Virus record (IMG/VR): IMGVR_UViG_3300010429_001449
DNA length: 64,000 bases
From: a virus
Taxonomy: Duplodnaviria; Caudoviricetes
Direction: 5' to 3' (one strand)
Part shown: one piece after another, positions 8,953 through 16,977 of the stretch
Layout: each line of letters starts with the position of its first letter
Numbering within the stretch: the stretch's first letter is position 1
Notes under the pieces: generated by a model
Seen by the model: only the letters and a program-made list of their open reading frames with translations
Told to the model about the DNA's origin: nothing
Databases searched by the model: none
Program-made: the position numbers and the translations under genes

Positions 8953-11439
8953 TTACTGCTCCTTTATGCCCAACTGTTCAGCAAGAACGCCTGCTATGCG
9001 TTTCTGAGTAGGCTCATCCACATTACGGAACAGGCGCACGTTGTTTTGTAGCCAAGAAAGCACATCTCTTTCGCTCCCGATTGTGCCTTCTCGCGCCGCA
9101 GCTTCAAATCTGCGCGAATCATCTTCAGAGAAGCGCAGTCTTTGGAACAAGCCACGCGCTGCGCGAAGAACGTCTTCTCCAAACTCCACACGCCTTCCGG
9201 TTGGTCTCCGTTCTCCGACCGGACGACGCTCTCTCGGAGGACGACGCGCCGGAAGTTCCCTTCGGCGCGGCGGCGTTGGCGCGGCTGTAGAGGCTGGAGC
9301 CGGGGCGGGAGGCGGCGGCGGTGTAGCCGGGGCTGGGGTCGGGGCGGGAGGCGGTGCGGGGGGTTCTGGCTCCGGAGTAGCCTCTGGCGGCGGTGGTTCT
9401 GGTTCCGGGCCTCGTTCGATAGCAGCCTTGGCGCGGTCTACCAACTCGCGATCTTCCGGACTCAAGTCGGTGCCTTCGAGCGCTGAAATGGCGTCGGTTA
9501 CTCTTTGAACATTACCCCGAGACCACTGCGTCTCGCGGGGATTCCGGCTGCGCTCCATCGAATCAATGTTGGTTGCGATAGCATTTATCGCTTGGCTGCG
9601 AGTCATACCGGCGGGCGTAGCAGCCGGGGTTGGCTCGGTCGGAGGCTCAGGCGCGGGCGGCTCGACTTCGGCGGCTGGCGGCGCGACTTCGGCGGTTGGC
9701 GGAGTGGCTGCGGCGGGCGCGGGGCCGAGAGGCAATACGCCCTGTACGCGGCGAGACGGCGGAGGAACAACCGGAGCACGCGGCTCACGCCCCACGGGCA
9801 ATTCACGGCTTTCCGGCGGACGAGCGCGGCCACCGGCAGTGCTTACGCCGTCTGCCTGCGATGCGTCTGGGACTCCTTGAATCTCGGTGTCGGATGGAAC
9901 CAAGGCTCGAACTGTGTCGAGATAAGAACGCGACTGCTTGCCGAAACGTGCGGCCAGCGCTGTCTTAGCGGCAGACAAGCGCAGCCAAAGTGCCTTCTCG
10001 TAAAGATTAGAGGCTTTTCGAGCTTTCTTGTAGTAGCTCCTTGCGGAAGCCTCCGTTACGCTGACCGCAGAGTTCATTATCATAAACGAAGACCCTGCGT
10101 AGACGGTACTGTGCCGATTCTGCGCAACCCACTCATCGATGCGCTGATTGAACGCATCGTCCGATTCATCAGCGCCACGAACCAAGCCGCCGCCCTCTTT
10201 GTCTCGGGGACGAACAGCGTCCTGGCGCAGCAAAGTATCATAGTCCGTGCCGGAAATGTAACGGCTGTTGTAGTGCAGCACGGACTCTCCCATCACGTCG
10301 ATGTACATTGACAAGGCCGCTCTGGTGTTGCCCGTCTTGCGAGCATCGGCAGACAAAGCCGCGCCACGGACGTTATACGTACCGAGACGCTCATCATCCG
10401 TGCCGATGTTTTCGTCAACAGACGTGAAGTACTTTTTCCAACCCTCAGCATCGCCGCCGCGCATCACGACATCGCGTCCCAAATAAGCGCTCTGCCTCCT
10501 AGCGCGTTCTTCTGGGAAAGCCTGCAAGTCTTCCTGCTTGGCGATTGCGGTGGTGTAATGAACCAAATCATCTCGAACACCCGTATAGATCATCGCCTCG
10601 CGTTGAAGTGCGAGAGCATTTTGCAACGCTTCTTGCTCTTTCGATGATTGGCCGCGTTGCTTGAACTGCTCGGCCTCGCCTATGAAACGCTGGCGCAGTT
10701 CTTCGCACTTTGCGAGATAGGCGTTGGCGTTCCTGACACCTTCGATGTTCTGTTCTCTCGCGCCAACACCCTGCATACCAGTTACGGTGGCGTTCAAACC
10801 TGCATCGTCCCAGTGCAACGATTGGTAGTCGCGCAAGTGGAACCACAAGGAGGCGTTCTTGTTGATGTCGTCCGCCATGAAAAACCGCTTGGTCAACATA
10901 CCGCCGGGCGTCACAAGACGCATAACGTCCTTGACGCTCATATCAGCCTCATTCAGGACGGCTTGCGCTTCGGCAGAGATTCCGGCCTTCCATGTTTTGC
11001 GCTCCCCGGCGTAAGCTCCGCCAGCGCCCCATTCTCCGCTCAGACCGCCTGTGGCCCGCTGGCCGATTGAAGGCAGACTGCCGCCGCGACGACCAGGACG
11101 GCCTCTATGACCGTGGTGGCCGCTGCCTTTGCCGCCCTTTTCGGTGTCCTCGGAACCGGACATCTCATCGGACGATACGACTTCTACTTCTTCGACTGGA
11201 TACTGCGGGGCCAAATCTTCCGGAGAAGATGCTCCCATCAAGGGGATATGACATTTCGGGCATTCCTTACCGCGTGCCGGAATACCGCGTTCGTGGGGCG
11301 ATTGATACCCGCACATCGGGCAATAATCAACCACGGCTCCGCCGTCCATCTGCGCGGGACCGCCCATACCACGCCCTTGTCCACGACCCTTGTCCAGCGA
11401 ATCAAACAATCGAGAACCGAAAGGATGCGGAACAGGCAT
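8953..11439 (-). CDS. large multidomain putative virion-internal protein
   Basis: N-terminal Zn ribbon (CPMCGYQSPHERG..CPKC), KGGKGSGHHGHRGRPGRRGGS motif as seen in phage head proteins, Pro/Ala-rich linkers; GGAGG RBS. Confidence 0.7.
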   Translation of the reverse strand: MPVPHPFGSRLFDSLDKGRGQGRGMGGPAQMDGGAVVDYCPMCGYQSPHERGIPARGKECPKCHIPLMGASSPEDLAPQYPVEEVEVVSSDEMSGSEDTEKGGKGSGHHGHRGRPGRRGGSLPSIGQRATGGLSGEWGAGGAYAGERKTWKAGISAEAQAVLNEADMSVKDVMRLVTPGGMLTKRFFMADDINKNASLWFHLRDYQSLHWDDAGLNATVTGMQGVGAREQNIEGVRNANAYLAKCEELRQRFIGEAEQFKQRGQSSKEQEALQNALALQREAMIYTGVRDDLVHYTTAIAKQEDLQAFPEERARRQSAYLGRDVVMRGGDAEGWKKYFTSVDENIGTDDERLGTYNVRGAALSADARKTGNTRAALSMYIDVMGESVLHYNSRYISGTDYDTLLRQDAVRPRDKEGGGLVRGADESDDAFNQRIDEWVAQNRHSTVYAGSSFMIMNSAVSVTEASARSYYKKARKASNLYEKALWLRLSAAKTALAARFGKQSRSYLDTVRALVPSDTEIQGVPDASQADGVSTAGGRARPPESRELPVGREPRAPVVPPPSRRVQGVLPLGPAPAAATPPTAEVAPPAAEVEPPAPEPPTEPTPAATPAGMTRSQAINAIATNIDSMERSRNPRETQWSRGNVQRVTDAISALEGTDLSPEDRELVDRAKAAIERGPEPEPPPPEATPEPEPPAPPPAPTPAPATPPPPPAPAPASTAAPTPPRRRELPARRPPRERRPVGERRPTGRRVEFGEDVLRAARGLFQRLRFSEDDSRRFEAAAREGTIGSERDVLSWLQNNVRLFRNVDEPTQKRIAGVLAEQLGIKEQ

Positions 11440-11491
11440 TTATCTAAACCTCCACTGGCAAACAACGTACAGAGCCGCTGCGTCTTAGCCC

Positions 11492-11520
11492 AATGTAAGA
11501 CAATTCGTGGGGGATGTCAA
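11492..11520 (-). promoter_or_regulatory. sigma70-type promoter, 17-bp spacer
   Basis: TTGACA-N17-TACATT. Confidence 0.55.
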
Positions 11521-11526
11521 CTCAAA

Positions 11527-11736
11527 TCAACCTCTCTTGTCTGACCGAGCAAGGATATCCTTCAGGGGGCGGCGGACGACAGTAACACGCCCGTCAGGAC
11601 CGATTTGAGGATCAAGAAAGAGTTTTGCGTCGCCGTTGAGTTCGACCGTCAAAGCATCTTCGTTTGCCTCTACGAATCCCGGCACAGGAAAAACAGCCGC
11701 CGGAGGGCGACGATTGTTTTGTTCTTGCTGTCTCAT
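11527..11736 (-). CDS. small partner protein, paralog A
   Basis: FP.P.F.E.NED.LT.ELNGDA.L.....GPDG......RPLK..LA, shared with 16774..16977; ATGA-coupled to the upstream gene. Confidence 0.8.
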   Translation of the reverse strand: MRQQEQNNRRPPAAVFPVPGFVEANEDALTVELNGDAKLFLDPQIGPDGRVTVVRRPLKDILARSDKRG

Positions 11737-14210
11737 TTCGACCGTCCTTCCAACAGAGTCCTGTCGAGCCGCTTCGTAAACTTATCTATGCGCTGACGAC
11801 TCGGCATTCCTTCTCTGAGATTGATCACGGCATCCCAATCAGTACCCATCATGGAAACAATACCCCACGCGCCTTTCTTGACTGACCCTCGCAAATGCGT
11901 CAAGTACTTCTCCTTCTCCTCGTCTTCCTTATCTTTGTCTTGGATAAAGTGCCGCACAGAAGCCCACCGAGCTTCGTAATAATTGTGGTCTTCAAGAAGC
12001 TGATCCAGTGTAGCTGCTAAATGCGTAGGAAGAGGCATCCTCAAGTCGGTGTATTCCCAGGCGTGATTAAGCTCCTGCGCTTGGGCAGTAAGCGCATCCT
12101 TCATCGTGCTAACATTTGCCCTATCTTGTTCGGAATCAACACTATCGGCCAAACGATCAAACATGCGTTCTACGAGAGACGTGAATCTGTCTCGGGCATT
12201 TTCGGCAATATGCTCACCGGCAAAGTCAAAGCCGCTTTTGGCCCATGTATAACCTCCGCGATCCAAGTTCGCGTGGCAAGTCATTGATTTTCGCCCGAAA
12301 GCCAGAGCCATCTGAGCTTCTCGAACCAACATGCTCCCGGCCCAGTGCGTGTCTTTTGCTCTTCCGGCCATAGATATCAACTCTGCTGTGATGTTTGATT
12401 TAGAATAGGTGCGTCGAATGGTAGCTACCTGCCCCTCGCTATCGCTTATCTCCGCAGTGTAAAACAGGCGTGGGTTAGCTCCACCAAATAAAGCGTAGGT
12501 GGTCACTGATACAGTAAGACCAGCGCCGCCCATAATACTCTCTAAGGTTTTGATAGACGGAGCGTAACCCATCGAGTCAAGCGTGGCTTTGATAACGTCA
12601 TCCGCTCCTTCTTGATAGTCGCCTGTAGCTTTCATGTCCTGAACAGCGCTCTCGAATGTAGCAGGCGACAGCCTCTGCGCAACGGCGTTCATACGAGCTT
12701 TTTCGGCTTCTAGCAACTGCTCTTGCTGCGCTTTTTCTTCAGAAGATAGTTCTGCCGGTTGCTGTCCGCCGTGTTTCAAGGCGGTCAAGAATGTACTCAC
12801 AACGTCGTCCGATACGTCCTTGTTGGTCGCATCCGCCGCGAGAAGGTTTCGATAAAGCTCATTAAGGTCTCCCGAAGATAAGGCGGAACCTTGTCGGTAT
12901 GTATCCAAAAGTTGGTTCATGCGGTTGTCTGAGATATCTCTGTAAAGACTAGCAGACCCTAACGATGCTGATTCCTCATCTTCTTCGCTAAGATCGCGGC
13001 TGCTAAGCGCATCATCCAAGTCTCGTAAACGCCCTCGGAGGTCGTCGTCGGGAAACTCGGACTCGAAGTCATAAACGGCGGCTTCTAAGTTATCTCGGTC
13101 ATCGCTGGTAAGGTAGCCTTCTGATTGATAGCGATCAACGTAGTATTCGATGCTGCCCATCAACTCAGTATATCGCTCGGTTTCTTCCGTAGAGGCGCCG
13201 GACACAGCGTCTTCGACAGAATCGGACACAAGAGCGTACAAATCCGGTGACGCATCCTCCAAAGAGGATGCTAAGGAACGAAGGCTGTCCTGATCACTGC
13301 GGTCGAGCGAGCCGTCGCGGGCAAAGGACTCTAACAGGTCTTGTATCTTGTCGAGATCATCCAAGCTCTCGTTCTCTTCGTACGCCTCTATCTGAGCCTT
13401 GACCTCATCCGTTATCAAGTTCGGATAACGTTTTTCGTAGCGGTCTAAACTCTCGTCAAACTGTTTCAAGTCTTCCGCGCTGGTTATGCCACTGAAATCT
13501 CCTGCGTTGATTCGGGCTAATTGTTCTGAGACTTGCTGCTTGAACGCTGTCGACAACGCCGCAGAGCGATCCGCACGAGCCATAACCGCGTTGCGGCTTT
13601 CTTCGCTCTTGATGTCCTCATAAGACCCTCGCCCAAGTACGCCGGGAAACCGCTCCGCCCAACTATCGATGATGCTGATTAGCCGGTTGTAATCGTCAGG
13701 AGTAACGAAGGCGTCTTCGTTTCCTTCTTTTAAGGAATTGAGTGCGGCGTAAATGGCGTTACCTTCGTCCTTTTCCGCTTGAGGAATGTCTTCCGAAGTA
13801 TAGGAACGCTCCGACGAAGGGCGTTCCTCCGCAGGAGCCGACGGCGCGGGTTCTTCGTCCGGCAAAGGATTAGCTTCCCTTACTGCCGCTACGTAAGATC
13901 GCTCACGTTCTTCCCATCCTTCTTGTTCCCGTTCGGCCAGCATCCTACTCGCAAGTTGCGCGGAAGTGGTAGGCTGTCCGGAAGCGTCTTTGAGGTCTTT
14001 TAGCCGATTCAAGTCTTCGGTCGAGAAAAGCTGATCACTAATAGCCCCGCCAGGCTCAACCAAAGCTAAACGTCCTTCGTCTCCGTGCCCTACGAACATA
14101 TAAGCACCGGTGCGTTCCGTGAACTTGCCTTCCCGGTCGTGCCAAGGATTCTGCTTCTCGACATTGCGAGATTTTTCGAGCGCAATGCTTACCCAGTCGT
14201 AAACACGCAT
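11733..14210 (-). CDS. large paralog 1: YDW/NPWHD leader, acidic helical middle, C-terminal GNAT-like domain
   Basis: MRVYDWV..LEKS..VEKQNPWHDREGKF; C-terminal AFGRKSMTCHANLDRGGYTWAKSGFDF. Confidence 0.75.
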   Translation of the reverse strand: MRVYDWVSIALEKSRNVEKQNPWHDREGKFTERTGAYMFVGHGDEGRLALVEPGGAISDQLFSTEDLNRLKDLKDASGQPTTSAQLASRMLAEREQEGWEERERSYVAAVREANPLPDEEPAPSAPAEERPSSERSYTSEDIPQAEKDEGNAIYAALNSLKEGNEDAFVTPDDYNRLISIIDSWAERFPGVLGRGSYEDIKSEESRNAVMARADRSAALSTAFKQQVSEQLARINAGDFSGITSAEDLKQFDESLDRYEKRYPNLITDEVKAQIEAYEENESLDDLDKIQDLLESFARDGSLDRSDQDSLRSLASSLEDASPDLYALVSDSVEDAVSGASTEETERYTELMGSIEYYVDRYQSEGYLTSDDRDNLEAAVYDFESEFPDDDLRGRLRDLDDALSSRDLSEEDEESASLGSASLYRDISDNRMNQLLDTYRQGSALSSGDLNELYRNLLAADATNKDVSDDVVSTFLTALKHGGQQPAELSSEEKAQQEQLLEAEKARMNAVAQRLSPATFESAVQDMKATGDYQEGADDVIKATLDSMGYAPSIKTLESIMGGAGLTVSVTTYALFGGANPRLFYTAEISDSEGQVATIRRTYSKSNITAELISMAGRAKDTHWAGSMLVREAQMALAFGRKSMTCHANLDRGGYTWAKSGFDFAGEHIAENARDRFTSLVERMFDRLADSVDSEQDRANVSTMKDALTAQAQELNHAWEYTDLRMPLPTHLAATLDQLLEDHNYYEARWASVRHFIQDKDKEDEEKEKYLTHLRGSVKKGAWGIVSMMGTDWDAVINLREGMPSRQRIDKFTKRLDRTLLEGRSK

Positions 14211-14219
14211 CGCCGCCTC

Positions 14220-16769
14220 CTAGAACAATCCTTGCTCGCCTTCTTCTTCCATCCTTTGACGGAAAGGCCCGGCGGCCTCGCGCAACGTCTTTCGCTCCAC
14301 TTTCAGTTTACCGTCAGGACCGATGGAAATGTCTATAGCCAACTGTTTATCTCCGCCCAAGTTCTCCATCGCCCAAGCCTGTTCTGCATCAATAAGTCCC
14401 GGAAACAAGAAGTCGGCAGCTTGACGCTTCTGTCGCGGACGTTCATCAACTACTTCCTTGCCGAACAAGTCCTTTTTCACGGAAAAAACTCCATCAAGAG
14501 AAGCTTGAACGGGTTGCGGCGACTTTTCTTCCGGCATTTCCGCCTGCGGAGACGCAGGCTTTGCCGGACGCCACTGCAACCGATGCCTGCGCTGGCGTTC
14601 TTCGCGCTTGCGCAGAGGCTCCAAAGTTCTAGCCAACATGTCGTCAAATCTTTTACGACCGGGAGTATCGGGAGTCAAATCAAGACGTGCCCCCCACGAT
14701 GAGCCGTAAGTCATGTAACGCCCTATGAGACCGTTTTTCAACGAGCCGCGCAAATGCTCTTCGAGATTCTGTCCGTAATGCCGCGCACGCGACTTGGTGT
14801 GAGGTTCCAGCGCCGCAACTATATCGTCTCGGTAGTCTTGCGGCAAAGTTATAACGAGATCGGAGAAATCCCACGCATGATACAGCGGGGGGCGACCTGT
14901 TTGAGGATCAACCGCAAACAAGGAATCGATTGTCTGGCGCAACGGCGTTACTTCGGCGGCAATCTCCTCCCGACTCTTACCTTTGGCCGACATAACTGAT
15001 TCCAAGGTAGTTACAAGATAACCAAGCCCCTGCTGAAAGTTCTGCGTGACATTCTCTCTCTCGTAATGGCTTTCAAAGTCAAAACCGATGTGCCCCCACA
15101 TATAACCTCCTCTGTCTATGTTGGCGTGGCACCTCATCTCTTTCCTTCCATTCTTAACGACCATATCCCCTTCCTTAGCCAACATGTGAGCATTAACCAT
15201 CTTGTCTTTGTACTCGTCTCTCGCCGTGTTCAAGTGAGCATCAACACGGTCTTTGAAATAATGGCGACTCATGTGCATAACTTCTTCTCCCTCAGAGTTT
15301 TGGATAGAAACAGTATAGTAGAGGTTAGGATTATCACCAGAAACGAGTCTATAACCTATGTGCGTCGTATGTCCCGGCGCGTCGTAGGCATAAATGTTCT
15401 CCAGAGCCGCTTTTGTAGGCGTCGGTCCTAATTCTCGAAGCGCCTGCTGAATCCGACGTAACTCCGCTCGGTATCCGCGCAGAGTCGGATCGAGACCCAT
15501 GTCTTGCGCGGCCCGCTCCGCGTTGGTGGTCTCTAGGTGAGCGTCCTTTGTGCGATCTTCTACTTCTCCCAGCACGTCTCGTTGAGAGAGTTCTTCCAAT
15601 AACTGCTCCGCATCTGCGCTCAGAGACGGAAGAGCAGAAACAGCAACGGATTCGGGGCGAACGGCACGCGCCAAACGTCTTTCCGCAGTCAGAAAGATAC
15701 CGCTAGATATAACACCGGGATACTGACTGGCAGCTTCGTCGAAAAACGAGATAGCATCGCGCACATCGTCGGCGTTCAAAGTCTCAGAAGACGAAATCAT
15801 ATCTCGATAATAACGATAACTTTCTTGCGTATCCGCTGGCAAATCACTGGTAGAGCTAAAGTACTGCACGTTAGTTTCTCCCGCGTCAAACTTAGCGAGC
15901 ATACGTTCAGCCGCGTCTCTCCAATGGAAATAGTAAACATCTAATGCCCCATTAACTTGCTCGTTAAGCTCATCGTATCGTTCCGTGAAGGCACGCAAAC
16001 CTTCCGGATCGTTGGCATAGTCCCCGTGTTGTATCTTAGTATCTTCTCGGTATATAAAGTTTGCCACGTCGTCTAGCAACGACCCCCCTGCTAATTCACG
16101 GAGTGAGTTATTTGCAGAGAGTCGTATCTTGGTATAAGGGAATTCGTCGAAAATACCGGGATTCTGAGCCTCAAGTCGCTGCGCGACATCGGCTGTTTGT
16201 CGTATGTCGCGGGTAGAATAATAAAGGGAGTCCACTAATCCTGCAAATTCGTTCCGCGTTTCGAGAGGCAAGCTGAAATAGTCCCCGGCGGGCGGTGCTT
16301 CTTCTTCTTCTCTTTCTTCTTCTGAGGGCGCTGCTTCAGCTTCAGGCTCGCCGACAAGTAGTGTTTCGCCTTGTGTCTCGCCCGGCGTCACGATTGTTAA
16401 CTCTTCGGCAGTCGTCGCTTCCAGAGGATTAGCCTCTCGAACAGCAGCCGCGTAAGCCCGTTCCCGTTCTTCCCATCCCTCTTGCTGCCGCTCCGCCAAC
16501 ATGCGCTGAGCAATCCTTGCCGAAGTTGTAGGCTGCCCATCGTCATCCTTGAGGTCTTTTAGGCGATTCAAGTCTTCATCGGAGAAAAGCCGGTCGCTGA
16601 TAGCCCCGCCAGGCTCTACGAGCGCAAGACGCCCCTCGTCCCCGTGCCCAACGTGCATGTAAGACTCGCCGCGACGCGCAAATTTGCCTTCCCGGTCGTG
16701 CCAAGGGTTCTGCTTGGAGACATGGCGGGACTTCAACAGAGCATATCCGAGCCAATCATAAGTACGCAC
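14220..16769 (-). CDS. large paralog 2: GNAT-like domain with the small partner fused at the C-terminus
   Basis: Likely GTG start at 16769 after AGAGGG; NPWHDREGKF; CHANIDRGGYMWGHIGFDF; tail FLFPGLIDAE..LGGDKQL..SIGPDGKLKVERKTLRE matches the partner family. Confidence 0.75.
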   Translation of the reverse strand: MRTYDWLGYALLKSRHVSKQNPWHDREGKFARRGESYMHVGHGDEGRLALVEPGGAISDRLFSDEDLNRLKDLKDDDGQPTTSARIAQRMLAERQQEGWEERERAYAAAVREANPLEATTAEELTIVTPGETQGETLLVGEPEAEAAPSEEEREEEEAPPAGDYFSLPLETRNEFAGLVDSLYYSTRDIRQTADVAQRLEAQNPGIFDEFPYTKIRLSANNSLRELAGGSLLDDVANFIYREDTKIQHGDYANDPEGLRAFTERYDELNEQVNGALDVYYFHWRDAAERMLAKFDAGETNVQYFSSTSDLPADTQESYRYYRDMISSSETLNADDVRDAISFFDEAASQYPGVISSGIFLTAERRLARAVRPESVAVSALPSLSADAEQLLEELSQRDVLGEVEDRTKDAHLETTNAERAAQDMGLDPTLRGYRAELRRIQQALRELGPTPTKAALENIYAYDAPGHTTHIGYRLVSGDNPNLYYTVSIQNSEGEEVMHMSRHYFKDRVDAHLNTARDEYKDKMVNAHMLAKEGDMVVKNGRKEMRCHANIDRGGYMWGHIGFDFESHYERENVTQNFQQGLGYLVTTLESVMSAKGKSREEIAAEVTPLRQTIDSLFAVDPQTGRPPLYHAWDFSDLVITLPQDYRDDIVAALEPHTKSRARHYGQNLEEHLRGSLKNGLIGRYMTYGSSWGARLDLTPDTPGRKRFDDMLARTLEPLRKREERQRRHRLQWRPAKPASPQAEMPEEKSPQPVQASLDGVFSVKKDLFGKEVVDERPRQKRQAADFLFPGLIDAEQAWAMENLGGDKQLAIDISIGPDGKLKVERKTLREAAGPFRQRMEEEGEQGLF

Positions 16770-16773
16770 GATG

Positions 16774-16977
16774 TTACCCTCTCTTCTTAGCAGCAAGAAG
16801 TTCTTTCAGCGGCCTGTCGGTAAAGACAAGTTGTCCGTCCGGCCCGCGTGTGATCTTCGTGTACAACGAAGCATCACCATTGAGTTCCAACGTCAAATCA
16901 TCCTCGTTGTCCTCAATGAACTTCGGGTAAGGAAACTCGGTGTGCGCTGTCTTATCCTTCGGGTTGGGGGCTGCCAC
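16774..16977 (-). CDS. small partner protein, paralog B
   Basis: Homologous to 11527..11736. Confidence 0.8.
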   Translation of the reverse strand: MAAPNPKDKTAHTEFPYPKFIEDNEDDLTLELNGDASLYTKITRGPDGQLVFTDRPLKELLAAKKRG

